DNA of 63,953 nt, filler included, from Sphacelaria rigidula (Eukaryota): assembly GCA_964200075.2 (NCBI GenBank). It is 11 parts of 11 records of this genome, joined end to end, with 100 filler letters (N's around TTAATTAATTAA, not from the genome) between each part and the next. Parts side by side here need not be neighbours in the genome. Positions count along the whole stretch, not along the records: positions 46,587 to 52,309 come from CAXNAA020024959.1; positions 52,410 to 58,131 come from CAXNAA020024960.1; positions 58,232 to 63,953 come from CAXNAA020024961.1; 8 more parts are not named here. One strand, written 5' to 3'. The notes beneath the pieces are model-generated. The model was given only the letters and a program-made list of their open reading frames with translations, ran no database searches and was not told the DNA's origin. Positions 51,134 to 63,893 of the stretch are shown here, in pieces. The position numbers and the translations under genes were made by a program. Each line of letters starts with the position of its first letter. Positions within the stretch are counted from its first letter, which is position 1.

Positions 51134-51673
51134 CTGCGCGGGACAGCGAATTCTTCCCCATTAACCACCACAAGACGGGAAATTCGGACAACGTGTACGA
51201 GCTGGGCCAGCAATCCACATACTGGAGAAAAGCTTCTATTGTAAAAAAATGTACCGCGTATTGTGTTGAATTCGCCGTCTGCTGCAACAGGCGCAGTAGT
51301 CGTTACTGTACACGGTATACTTTGTGACAGTGTATTCTTTCGTCCAGGGTGTGCCGCAACCAAGGCGCACATTTCGGTTCAACCAGTGTGCGGAGGTCAA
51401 TGTTTGCAGTAATGCCGGTTCTTGCGATTTGTATTTCTTTGAGCTCGTACTTTTCACTTTCGAGACACTTAACGCGATTTTGGCCGCGAAACAGAGACTA
51501 TCGCCATCTAACGTCTTGGACACTTTCTGATTCGCACGGCTCGGATATTTCGAGAACAGCCTCAGGATAAGAATCCAACTGACAAAAAAAAGCGATGTGT
51601 GCAGGAATTTTCAAAAAAGAATACTTGTAGACACAAGGGTCTGTCGAGCAAACAATTTCGGACATGGAGGCCT

Positions 51674-51706
<33 letters not shown>

Positions 51707-52899
51707 CGCCCGCCTGGCCCCGCTCCGCTCTCCCTTTTGTTTTTTTTTGTGTTTTCGTTACTATCTCTCACAATTATACTAANNNNNNNNNNACAAAGGG
51801 ACGGCGACACCAAAAATTTCGGCAAGGAGGCCCTCCCCCCCCCCCCCCCCCCCCCTCCCGGAGGGCAATTTTTCGAAAATTGTCGTGATTTTTTTCATTT
51901 TTCGTTGATATTTTTAAAAGAAATGGATCAACAAACACTGACAAAAACCGAAACGTCTGGTGAGCTTTGCGGGGTTTACATATTTGCCTCTGCTTCTAAT
52001 ATATTTATATGAAAATATAACATGTATAATATAAGGAACATATGTATACGGTATTTAGTATGTAGAGAGGTTAGATAGGTCGAAAGATGGAACCTTGCGA
52101 TTCTTAGTTTTTTGGTTGACGGTATTTGGGGCCTTGAGTCTCGCCCGTAGTCGGACTCCATGTTCATTTTCTACATGGCGTTGCGCGTCGAGCTGGAAAC
52201 CTGGATGCCACCCCCTGAGGTCCGAATGGCCACCTAACAGGGTTGCCAGAAAAATGAGAACGTATTTTGAAATGAGAATCAACCGCTCCCCGGGATTGTG
52301 TCCATTTTTNNNNNNNNNNNNNNNNNNNNNNNNNNNNNNNNNNNNNNNNNNNNTTAATTAATTAANNNNNNNNNNNNNNNNNNNNNNNNNNNNNNNNNNN
52401 NNNNNNNNNTCTTCGAGGGCAAAGCCGGTACCCCACCCCCCCCCAAAGAAAAACAGAAAAACAGCCGCTCCCCCCCCCCCCCCCCCCCCGTCAAAAACTC
52501 AGAAACTCAGAAACTCAACTTTTCGATCTTGGGGCCTCCGTGTCCCGAAATCTTTTCCCCGTAGCCCCTGATCGGATGTAGGTGGAGCATCATCGGCCAT
52601 ACTTTTAATTACCACGTATTCCGGAGTATACAACAGTGAACAGTGGGCAAAACACAAACAAGATTGATCGGGAGACCGAATAATAGTTGAGTGATGTAGG
52701 TTATACCCTCGGGTTCCCTGAAAATTAACCAAGCGACGACTCGAAGTGCCAGGTGGTCGTCGAATACTAAACGCGCCATCCGCGTTCGGAACCGATGGGC
52801 TACACATCTCACACCAGCGGTGTGTAGCTGACACCATGGAAGGCAAGGGGAGGTTCACCCCCGTCATTGACTCCCTTTGGCGGCGGCGCACGATCGGGC

Positions 52900-54600
52900 A
52901 GTCTGACACCACTCCACCGGAGTTTTGGGCGCTGCACGGTTTGCCGCCGGCACACGTTATTCATATTTCATGCCGTCCCTACAAGTAATGCATGGTAGGT
53001 CGTCAACATCTTGAACAGCGGGCATACACTTTGAATCGGATTGCACACGCAGGTGCGGTTATCATGATCATCCCGTTGTGCAATCATCATAAACTCGCCT
53101 CTATTCTGGGGCATCTGTTTCTCAGCCTCATTCACCTCGTACACACGTCGTTCAACTTGTCCATAACCACGGGACGTTATGCAATGTAGATAAGGCGGAC
53201 AAATGTACCCCAGTGTGTTCCGGCCGAGCAACCTCACGGCGCTGGGTGAGAAATCTCGCCCGAATTGCGTGGGATCCACCATGTGACGCGCTTTCGAGGC
53301 GGGGGTGGTGAGATGTGATGAAGCTCGGAGGCGTTGCAAGATATACGCTGTGCGGGTCTGCTCGTAGACCCTGAGTTCCGTGACGCGTTGTTATCGCGTT
53401 TGCTATCGTCATTAGTTGGGACTGTTCTGGCTTCGCCACAGGGCGTCGACCCATCTCAATCAGTTACCGGCTTGCCTTGGTCTCTACCCTGGGCCATCAC
53501 TACGCTCTGCTCCAATGGCTGCGCCCCGGCTATACTGAGTAAGAGAGGCTTGTAGATATAACATGACGCTATGAAACACGTGAGTTCCTAATCAAGAGTC
53601 TGCACATGGATGAACCTACTATGTGATTGTTCTTGGTGGATAGCTATAGGTCGTACGTTGTGCCCACGTAGGAGCTTGGGTTAGCTGGACCCAATGGTAT
53701 CTCCTGGTACTCGTACTGAGAGGCCTCAGCCAGTGCATTAGCTATCCCATCATTATGACAGAGAGAGTATAGACTGATATCAGAGACATTATTGACTGAT
53801 ATCGAAGGGAATGACTTTCTCGGACCGGCATTTCGATGTGGCGGTGTCCGGTAGGATGGAGATGATTGATTTGGGCGAGGAAGTGTACCGCCGGGCGGGG
53901 CACTCACTGCCGGCCCTTGACTACACGACTCTATCAGACGAAAGGCAGTTTTGGAAGAGGAAGCTGCCTGTGTTGCGAGATTGCCTCCATGCAAAGTTGA
54001 GTGTTACGGGGAGGTGCGAGAAAATTTCACCTTCCACAAAGACTCCGGCAAATGACGAACATCTCCTCCTATCACGCGGGGTTAACAAGGGGAAAAGTTG
54101 TGACCAACCCCATTCTACCTCCTAGTCTGATCGACCCGGCGAAAATTGAGAACACGATCGATTTCTTGCCCAAACGTTTCATTAAGTTGGTCGAAGATTC
54201 TCATATACACATCCTGCACGAGTTATCGTCTTCCGTTGAAGACGCGGGCGTTCATCGCACTTCATGTTTTCGCACTCCCCACGGTGCAGCCAGATCTGAG
54301 TCTGCTATTATCAGGAGATTAGCATAAGAATAGTGCCAGATGCGGATATCGAGCTATAGTGCTACTCCCTAACAAGAAACATTTTTGAAACTCCGTGATT
54401 TTCTCGTAGCGTTGCCTTGAGTTGCTCCCCCCCCAAAACTGTTTTGGATCGGAATCATGGAGTGCAGTGCAAGATAGTGCCAGTCCGTGGCAATCTGAGC
54501 AGTAGCCGAGACAAGGTGTCTTTCCCATGCTGGGCCGATCAGCTTGCGTTCGATCTGCATGTACTTCACGTAAGCAGGGCACAAGTACGCTGTTGCAGCA
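52900..54600 (-). mobile_element. Highly degenerate non-LTR reverse transcriptase relic (second LINE family)
   Basis: Broken frames give ..VIMMG*LMHWLR.. then ..TYDL.., echoing RT domains 4-5 (PL.RWL..YADDL); 53510-53745 is homologous to 57893-58131 on the opposite strand. Confidence 0.4.
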
Positions 54601-54807
54601 GCGTCTGCTGCACTCGAGACGGGCCGGAGACCAGTGCTATCGCTGGAGACGGGTTCTTACGTTCAAGACAGCGGAATATTCTTTGTATTATAGGCAAACA
54701 GGCTGTTGACGTGCTGAATATTTCACGCGTTGACCAAAATTCTGACCTAGGCAGGGATCAAACCCGAAAAGCACCACAACTGAAACAGGGAATATGATCC
54801 TTCGAAC

Positions 54808-54912
54808 ACGAGACATGTCTAGCGCATGATGTATAATGCCCAGTCGTCTAGAGTATACGAGACATGTCTAGAGTATGATGTATAATGCCCAGTCGTCTAG
54901 AGTATGAGACAT
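54808..54912 (+). repeat. Tandem duplication of ~49 bp
   Basis: ACGAGACATGTCTAG.G.ATGATGTATAATGCCCAGTCGTCTAGAGTAT twice plus a partial unit. Confidence 0.9.
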
Positions 54913-54989
54913 CATGTCCATCAGCCCGTAACATACCCCCAGTCTATCTTTCATGAGGCTAAATAAAAAACGTTGATGTGGAGGCCATA

Positions 54990-55514
54990 CTTCCTCTGTC
55001 CCATAAGTGAAGGTACCTAATCTGTACGGGTGCTTAACGATGTCCGATCGCTTTTTTTAATAATGAACTCTACGGTGTTTTTTGGGTCAAGAAAGTGTGT
55101 TTAAAATTTGGAGCTCGTGCTTGAATCATGCCGCCGAACGGCTGCAAAAAAAGTAGTCAGCCCCAAAATGGCCGTTTTTTGCCCCTTTCCGAGGGGAAAA
55201 AAAGATTTTATTTTTTGAATTTTTTTTAATTGCCCCCGCCTTCACTGGGGCTTGCTGCCAGGAAGTTCCACGCGATCAGATTTTTTTTTTTCCGACACTT
55301 TTTTCCCCCTCGGTAAGGGGCAAAAAACGGCCATTTTTGGACCGACTACTTTTTTTGCAGCCGTTTGGCGGCATGGTTCAAGCACGAGCTGCAAATTTTA
55401 GACACATTTTCTTGACCCAAAAAACACCGTGGAGTTCATCACAAAAAACAAACGATCGGACATCGTTCAGGGCCCGTACAAATTCAGGTACCTCTACTTA
55501 TGGGACAGAGGAAG
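54990..55514. mobile_element. Stowaway-like (Tc1/mariner) foldback MITE
   Basis: TA-CTTCCTCTGTCCCATAAGT...ACTTATGGGACAGAGGAAG-TA; arms pair over ~215 bp. Confidence 0.9.
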
Positions 55515-55913
55515 TAAATATATTAGCGTTATGAACACCAGAATACACATGTAGACCGGGGAGACAGTCTCAGGATCGGGGTCCGCCAGTGTCATACATG
55601 ATCGTAGTCGAAAAGTTCAAACCTTTTAAACTGGATCTTTGGCAACCCAGACAACGGGGTCTCCGGTAGAAAGAGCTCGGAATAATAGCGCCACCGCATG
55701 AACCCTGGTTGATCGTTCGCGGTATTGTCGCACCGGCTCAGTCGGTTGTTCTTGTTGTCTATCATCGCCCACGGCCAAATCCTTGCCTAAACGACAAGAA
55801 AGAGAGTTACGCCTCGCTTTGGAAATCCTTCGGCAGTAGCGCACGGCTACGTTTCTTCTTCGGAACCCGTAACTCTACTGCCTCACCTCTATCTAGCGAA
55901 GCCTAGTTCACAG

Positions 55914-55982
55914 TGCCGTCGATGGTAGAGTTTGAACCCGCGCGTGCAGAGCATATTGACTTACGCGTACGGAGCACATTGA
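55914..55982 (-). pseudogene. tRNA-Ser-like 3'-half fragment
   Basis: Minus strand AATATGCTCTGCACGCGCGGGTTCAAACTCTACCATCGACG resembles a long variable arm + T-arm + acceptor strand; no D-arm. Confidence 0.4.
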
Positions 55983-57179
55983 CGTGGCGGTGGCGACACC
56001 ATCCGAAACAAAAAACCAAGGAACGCTACAGCAGGTAAAACGTATGGGTCATGTGCACAAGTTTTCGAGTTGAGAGGGTTGTAGGGGTCGTGTGTTCGGA
56101 ACAGCGCGAAATTAGCCTCCTCAGCGTGCATTACATGCCACCTGCATGGCGAGTCAAACAGCGAAGCCGCACTTAACAACCCTCTTCTCATCATTATAGA
56201 GCACGAGGCGCGGCAATCAATCAAGCAGACCGACCTCTAGAAACGCGACGACTGGAAGTAGTGCAACAAAGGTTCTACCCAACCTGCGAATGCACTACCT
56301 TGTCATACCCTACCAGTTAGCAAGCGAAAGAAGAGGATGCATAGGACGGTCTTACCACATCTCAGCTTACAAATCAACAGGAGTTGCGAACAGCATATAT
56401 ATACTTCAACATTTCACATCTCAGTACGCATGTATTGGAGAAAAGATGGCAACCCTCTGGTAAAAAATATCGGAGAAAAGCGGGCTTGTTAGTTAGTACA
56501 GTAACCTCTCCGGTGAGGCACCAAAACAGCCCCCAGTTATGACTTGAAAGTATATACAGGGATAAAGAAGAAGCTGAACAAGAGCAACATATATTGATGA
56601 AAAAAATGCGGTGTATAATATAACTGGCCTCCGCACATGAGTTAGTTCCTCAGCAACCTAAATAACAGCCGTCGAAAAGCGATACATCGGAACGGGTCTA
56701 AAATCGTCGAAATGAAGCTCGACTTGTTGAGATTCATATCGTGTTGCATTTTGCGCGGTACCCCAAGGGATCGGTAACGTTACATCCCCCATTGATACAC
56801 GTTCAACCTGCCGTCAGAATACACAACAATTTTATAAGCAGTGGCTGTTGGTTGCCAATCGGAATTGTCCGTACCCTCCCCCTCCCCCAAATGAAAAAAA
56901 CTCGGTCACATTCTACAGTAAACGTCCCTACTACGGAACAGTACCAATTAAGGAACATTCTTATTCAATCGTCCATAATTCCGCCAAATAAATATGGATC
57001 GTTTCCCATTCTGTTTTTTTCTGCGTGTGCACAAGAGCACAACGCTTCTTTTGAGCTACTGCACGTGCCTTTTGCATTAAAAAACACAATCCCACACAGA
57101 ACTATGACTAAGGGCGTGTGTGCATTTCTTCAAAATCAGCCTTTTGGTCGATTGGCTACTAAGCATGCAGAGAGTAAGG

Positions 57180-57685
57180 GTGAATCCACAACGTGCCGCA
57201 GAGGACGTAGAAGCGGTACGCAGCGGTCGGGTGATCTTCCATGCTGCTGCAAAGACTTATGACATCTTCGTTGGTTCGCTGCAGAAGCGTGTCAGTGGTA
57301 GCGTGGGCATAGTTGGCAGGGTTGGTCCGGGTACTTTGCTGTCGATGGAGGAAGAAAATTCCGTCGAAGATATGCTGAAATTTGCCGCAGCTCGTCAACG
57401 GGCCTGAATAGAGATGTCCTGAAACAGGTAGTTATAGCACTCTGGAGCGACAACCGATCGGTGCCATAGGACCCGACAGTAGGCTCAGATCGAAAATGGC
57501 TCGACTTNNNNNNNNNNGGCACCCGCGGCTAGGTGAGCGCAGCAACCGCATCTACAAGGCCGACAGGGTGGTGCGGCCGACGAAGAAGATCGCATGTCGA
57601 AGTTTTATGCGGCCTGTGAGGACTACGTGGACAAGGAAAAGCTAGCAACCGGGCATAGATGGAACATTGACAAGATAGGTGCTTT
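57180..57685 (+). pseudogene. pogo-like (psq-HTH/CENP-B/DDE) transposase relic
   Basis: VEAVRSGRVIFHAAAKTYDIFVGSLQKRVSG..GPGTLLSMEEE (psq HTH), then RKWLD..HPRL, then KFY..HRWNIDKIG (cf. IWNxDETG); frameshifts and stops. Confidence 0.75.
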
Positions 57686-58419
57686 ACAGTCTGTCAAGAG
57701 CCGTTCCGGTTATGTAATACACCGCATGTGTCTAGAGCTAGAGCCAGGGGCTGTTGCCGTGGAGTGGTGTTGGTCTGCTCTCCATTATGCTCCGTTTGAA
57801 ACGGTATTATTTTCGCTGCATCCTTGGCCGACAAAGCACTTGGCGTTTGCTTGCTCATTGCCGTCTCTGCGTGTTTGTCATAAAGAGAGAGTTAGCTAAT
57901 GCAGTGGCTGAGATCTATCAGTATGAGTCCCGGGAGATACCATGGTGTCAGCCTCACCAAGCTCCCACGTGGGCAAACTCACACAGACCTAGCTATCCTC
58001 CCTCGACTTATCACAATATAGATTCATTCAAGTTCAGACTCTTGATAAGGAACTCACGTGTGTGCTTAGCATCATGTCTTATCTACAAGCAGCTCTCTTA
58101 CTCAGTACAGCCGCAGGGCAGCCATAGAAGCNNNNNNNNNNNNNNNNNNNNNNNNNNNNNNNNNNNNNNNNNNNNTTAATTAATTAANNNNNNNNNNNNN
58201 NNNNNNNNNNNNNNNNNNNNNNNNNNNNNNNAGAGTTGTACTCGAGATGACCAAGCCGCGACCGAAACGAGACGACCGCCCGCAAGCCTCTACTCTGGTT
58301 TGGGGGGGGGGGGGGGGCTTGTCCGATAGGATGATATACGTCTCCCGAAGGGGAATCGTGTTAGGATGGTTGGCGGCACAAGGGCCGAAGGAGGGTGGTC
58401 GGTCTTCGCAACACGGGGT

Positions 58420-61270
58420 GAACCACACTTTTAATTTTATCGCGGAGCCCATTGCGCCATGCAGATATGTTTTCATCCCTATTCCCTCTCTCAATCCTCC
58501 GTAATTCTTTAGTTGTTCGCCCTCACCTACTTTCCGTCTCAGTGCTTATTTTTCTCTTATTTCTATCATGTCTCTTGCTTCGTCTTGTACCCCGCGCCTT
58601 CACCTATGGACAGTATTTCCTCTTGGGGTCCTCCTATCTCCTTGCATACTTTCTCAACTTCTCTATCCCACCTTATTGCAGCCTGCCCTTTTATCATTTT
58701 CTTCAATACGGCCCTATCAACGATGGCCGGCAATCTCTTTCTTTGCATGTTCGTTATGCTATTTTTTAATTCGAATTTCTTGTCTCCGTTTGTTTCACGT
58801 CGGTGCAATCCCAACTCTGCTCTCAATGCTGTATTACTCGTCGTTTTTGACGTCGTCGTCGTTTTTGAGCATCCAAGTATTTTCTTAGCTGCTGCCAACC
58901 ATACTGTTTCCAGCTTCCTCATCAACTTCACGTACCCCTCCCATACTTCTGCTGCATATTCCACCTTTGGTACAATCACATTCATCAGAATACATCTCTT
59001 AATCCTAGTATCTAGATGAGGTTTTCGTGAGATCCCGTCCATCTTGCTCATCTGTACCTCATGCTTTCCTATTACTCCATATATAATGTGTGTGTGTGCA
59101 TCTCTACGCCAAGACATACTGCGCTACGATCCGCAGTTTCTCTTCTTTCCACTCCCATTCGAACGCTGCCAGGTTTTCTTTACCTTCGTTACATACAAGT
59201 ACCCCGCATTTGTCAACGTTCACTGTCACTCTCCATCTCCTAGTGTATTTTAGCGTCGTCTCTATGTATTTTTGCAATCCTTCTGGCGTTTCTGATATCC
59301 CCACGAAATCATCAGCGAACGATGCCGCATCTTCCCCCACTTTGACCCCTTGCTTTTCTGCTTCTATTGATATTATCAGTAACTTAATGAATAGTTTGAA
59401 CAAAGTGGGTGATAACGTACACCCTTGTGCAATTCCTTGTAAAACATCAAATTATTTCGGTATTTCCCCGTCTAGCATCATAGCACTTTCGCACATGCTG
59501 CCACCTTCACAACTCTTCTCTATAATTTCCTGCGTCAGCCTTGCCTCCTCTCTCGAAAAGGTTCATTACTACTCCTCCTCTCCACCTCTTGGGTGTGAAC
59601 TTGTTTTCCCATATCCAGTATTATAGCATAACCATCACGGTAACCATTCCCTCTCCCCCGTACTTGAGAGATTCATTCCTTATTTCGTCTACCCCTGCAG
59701 CCTTTCTGTTTTTGAGTTCAGCTGTGCACTCCTTTACTTCATCTCCGGTGAACTCTCTCTCTCTACGATTCTTCGGAGTCACGATCCTCCCGCTTCGATC
59801 TCTTTACATTTCCCTCTGGCTACGCATTGATTTATTTTTCGAATAACTCCGTGTCGAACCTCTTGTTAGCTTTTGGTGCTCCTAGCTTACGGCAGTGCTC
59901 TAGTAACACTTCTCTCTTCGCCTTCGAACTACTGACTATTTTACCGTTCTGTGCCCCTGGGGTGACTATCCCTTGTCTATATTTCCTGCCTGGCTTCTCA
60001 TCATTCCTTTATCCCTACCCGCATTTGCTTCATCCCGCCATGGAAATCTTCATTTGATTTCTTCACTACATCTTGCAATTTCCCTTCTCTTTCTTTTCCA
60101 CCCACTTTTTCACCCCCTTTCGAGTTTCAGCACACTCCTCCCATCCTACCGTAGTTATATTCGATATACAGCTTGCGTGTGCCCCTCTCCTTACTCGTAT
60201 AGCTTGTTTTACGTCCTCATCCCACCATTTTATTGCTCTGTTGCAAACGATCAGTTTCTTCTCTGTGACTTTACTAGCTGTGGTCTTGACCAATTGCTCC
60301 CATCCTTCTACAATCTTCGCTCCTGCCCGATCCCTTTCCATTTCGGTATCAACTTTACCTAGGAGTTCCAACAGCGCGGAACCTTTCACCGCATTATTTA
60401 CCATCATGCCTTAGAACGCCTGCTGTTTTCCTTGTGTTTTTAGTTTCTTTATTCTCCGTTTGTACATCTTGTCACCCCGCCTATTTATTTTAGCTCTCGC
60501 CTGTTGGCTTTCTTTCCATATTAGGCAATGGCCCGTAGTTCCCACGTCCTCAGCGAATGCACCTACCTCCATTTCTTTACTACTTCCATGCTCCACCACG
60601 TTATAGTCAAAAACGAAGCTTCCTGTTTTTTTCCTTTGCATTTTCTAGTCCACGTCCATTGCGCATCTGGCTGTTGTGCTCTATCCTTCAGCGTCTTCAT
60701 CTCGTTATTTTCCAGGAAGTTCAGCATCCCTACCCCACTCGGGTTCTTTTTGTCTTCCCCGTATCGACCAATGATATCATCTGGTTGACCTCCTTTTCCA
60801 ACCCTTGCATGAAAATCTCCCACTAACATTACTTCTCCTTGCCTTTTGTAGTTATGTGCATATCTTGCTATCTCTCCAGACCTCTGCATATCGTTTCCCG
60901 CACTTGTCGATTCTGGGGGCGTGTAGATGTTCCCTACAAAACCGTATTTCTTTCCTCGCTCTCCTGGTACCCTTATCCATATACTCTCGTCAAAATTTGT
61001 GTCTTCGATCACATCTATTGTGTCAGACAAAAGTTCCCTGACAACAAATCCTACTCCCCCGCTCCACTGCTCCTGGGGTTCTGCCCCTCCCGCTTTTCTC
61101 CCGTGCATACGCACTCTCTAACCTTGCATCCTAGTTCCATCCTCTCTTTCACCCACGACTCTTGGATTACCACTACATCTAGGTCACGTTTACTTACTTG
61201 TTCGGCTATTTATTCTCTTACGCTCGTCCGCAGCGAATCCACTTGAGTTCGACGATCCTATTCTTAGCTT
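58420..61270 (-). pseudogene. LINE ORF2 (APE endonuclease + reverse transcriptase), RTE/RTEX-type, disrupted
   Basis: APE motifs DVVVIQESW, VGFVV, NIYTPP, MLVGDFHARVG, WTW, TTGHCLIW; RT motifs KAAGVDEI, QGIAQGCTLSPTLF, FADDFVG, VNVDKCGV; downstream EYAAEVWEG, ALRAELG, GLREGIGMKTYLHG. Many stops and frameshifts; RT domains ~1-3 deleted near 59545; 3' end missing. Confidence 0.95.
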
Positions 61271-61289
61271 CCTTTTCGAATCATTAGCT

Positions 61290-62450
61290 CCTCTCTTTTT
61301 GTGTTTTGTTCTCTCTCCGTCGTTATCATTTATATTTTCCCTTGCTTGATTTTTCTCCCCGTTTCCGGTTGGTTTTTGTCTATTCGCTTCGGGCCGCTAT
61401 TTCCACTCCCTTCTCTCTTCCGGGAATTCACTTTTTCCTGCTTCTCCTTTCCTCCGTTTACCCGCGGACTACGTCGTCGGTTTGTTGTTTCATTGGCTAT
61501 GCACATTCTCCATCCTACCCTTCTAACCCATGCCGACATCTTACTTGCCTCCATTGTTTCCCCCTCCTTCCACGCGCTCTGTTTCAGCGTGATTCGAAAC
61601 TGTCCTCTTTCTAATGTTCCCAGTGCCAAACAGTGTAGCCCTACTTCATCGCATTTCCTTGCGAACTCTACTCTCGTCATATACTACGGACTCCGAATAC
61701 CAGCACTACTTGTGCTTGACCCGTCCACTCTTTACTTCTCCATCCGCCCTTCCTTATCGTCTCTCTCTCGATCTGCTTCGACACTATCTCTCTCGATCTG
61801 TTCCGGCAGTATCTCCAGCTTTTTTGTTTTCAGTTTTGAAGTGGGGTGGGTCGATGTTCTGGGATATCCCAATCCTAGTACTTGTTGGAGGTATGGTGTC
61901 TTTCAGTTTTTTTGCCGGCTCACCGACACTCAATGATGCCTCTATCACGGGCTCGTAGCCTGAAGCCAAGTTCATCACCCTTGACACATGTACCCCACGT
62001 TTGTGCCAGGCGATCTTCATGGTAAACCATCCACATGTCCCCCGATCGTATCTTCTATCTTCTTGCCCCACTGCTGTACTGGCTACTTTCTTCCAGGGAG
62101 GTAGGTCATTTTCACCGTGCAAAGTTTAAGGACGGCTAGCATAACACAAGGTCGTACTCACACATCGGGATGTTCCGTACATCATCACTTCCTCCCACTC
62201 CGCGTACGGTTCACCATGGGTCGCTACTCCACTGATGCTTTCGAGCAGACCTTCGCTGCCGAAAACTTGGCCAGCGATTGAACTAGCTTCTATCCTTCGA
62301 GACCTCAAGTTCCACTCACCGCTTGGTGATCCTTCTCGTTGGCCATGTGGTCGGTCATCGGTAAGGTATTTGTTTCATAAGTGCATTAGGTATTGGCGTT
62401 TATGTCATGCACTATCTACTTCTTCCCTTCATCAAACGCCTGTGCACCTA
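61290..62450 (-). pseudogene. LINE ORF1 region, disrupted
   Basis: Consecutive minus-strand frames (62126-62308, 61784-62122, 61330-61680) directly upstream of ORF2, with a K/R-rich C-terminus; boundaries approximate. Confidence 0.6.
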
Positions 62451-62734
62451 CTGCCGGGAATTTCAGGAAAATGTCTCACCAGAATTTCATCGCCGATTGG
62501 AATCGGTGAAGTTTTTCACATATCTCACCACGAGATTGCACCTTCATGGGGATTTTAACATGTCGGGGTGACCCTATCCTATCTGTACTTGTGATTATGT
62601 ATTTTGACAACCTTCACGCTATATTACTTACATGTCTACGCTTTGGTTGTTTTGTGTCTTACGTTGTTATGATATGGGGGTATCTCGATTGTTTTCAGTC
62701 TTGATAAGGGGAAATAGAAATTCTATTTCTCGCT

Positions 62735-63345
62735 ATTTCCGTGTGCGTATCCGGTCTGTGTTCGGCTTAATGCAAAGAAAAAGATGGCTGTAGCTTCGTT
62801 GTTCCATTCTATGTTCGGGCTGTGCTCTGGTAGGTTGAAGAGAAAGGATAATTTGCGTCGTCATCTCCTGTCTATGTCCTGGCTGTGTTTTGATAGCGCG
62901 AAGAAAAAAGTGGTAAGCTGCGTTATTCATGTCCATGTCCAGGCGTTGGTATCGGTTCATGAAAAAGTGGTTAGCTTCTTCATTTCATGTCTGTGTCCGG
63001 GCTGTGCTCTGGTAGGTTGAAAAAAAAGAGCGATTCTCTTCGGCATTCATGTCCATGTCCGGGCTGTGTTCTGGTAGGTTAGAGACCAAAGGCTGGTTAG
63101 CTTAGGTATTTCATGTCTATTTCCGGGCTGTGTTCTGGTAGATCAATTGTTTCAAAATGAAGTGATCAGCTGTGTTATTTCATGTCTGTGCCCAGGCTGT
63201 GATCTGGTAGGTTCAAGAAAAAAATGGTTAGCTTTGTCATTTCTTGTTTGTGTTCGAGCTGTGTTTCGGCAGGTTGAAGAGAAAGAATGGTTGGCTTCGT
63301 TATTTCATGTCTATATCCGGGCCGTGTTCTGGTAGATTCAAGAAA
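62735..63345 (-). repeat. ~63-bp tandem array, ~10 units, in the LINE 5' region
   Basis: ATTTCATGTCTATGTCCGGGCTGTGTTCTGGTAGGTTGAAGA...GGTTAGCTTCGTT is the reverse complement of the 48129-49290 monomer; two more decayed units at ~63540-63650. Confidence 0.9.
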
Positions 63346-63850
63346 AAAGCAACAACAACAACAACAACAACATGAACGAAGAATAATGGAGGAAATAGAA
63401 GAAGAAACAGTAAACGACAAGAGAAAAGGGAAAAAGGAAAACTTAGAAATATTGAAAATGTTGAAAATATCGAAAAAAAAAGTAAAAATAGAAAATCAAA
63501 TAGAAGAGGGAAGCAGAAAACCGTATAAAAAAGCTGTTGGCTGCGTTATGTCATATCTGTTGATGGACTGCATTCTGCCCGTGTAAGGGAAGTAATTGGG
63601 TAGGTTCGCTATCTCATGTCTATATCCAGTTTGTGTTTTACTGTCGGGAATCAAATTTGGATATTTGGGCTGTTGCATGTCTAGTGTATCTGTTCATTCG
63701 ATTAAATCTTCTTTTTCAGCGGTAGTCTCTGGTGTATGTGTAGTGACAGTCTATACGCTCATCTCTAGGTTCTGGTGGCCTTTTTAACAGCGCCGTTGTC
63801 ATTCGACGCCAACTCAACAGTCCAAGAGGTTTGTGCGTGGGGGGGGGGGG

Positions 63851-63893
63851 CGTACTCATTTGTTGCTTGCCTTAGTCGTTTGACCATTGACCA
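63851..63893 (-). mobile_element. 43-bp LINE 3'-end insertion with exact TSD
   Basis: TGTGCGT(G)12 at 63832-63850, then the insert, then TGTGCGT(G)17 from 63894. Confidence 0.9.

Noticed and set aside
53510..58131. Large element bounded by inverted repeats (53510-53745 and 57893-58131) enclosing the pogo relic
   Set aside because: The arms are diverged internal fragments of an RT-like repeat, not termini; more simply two independent insertions.
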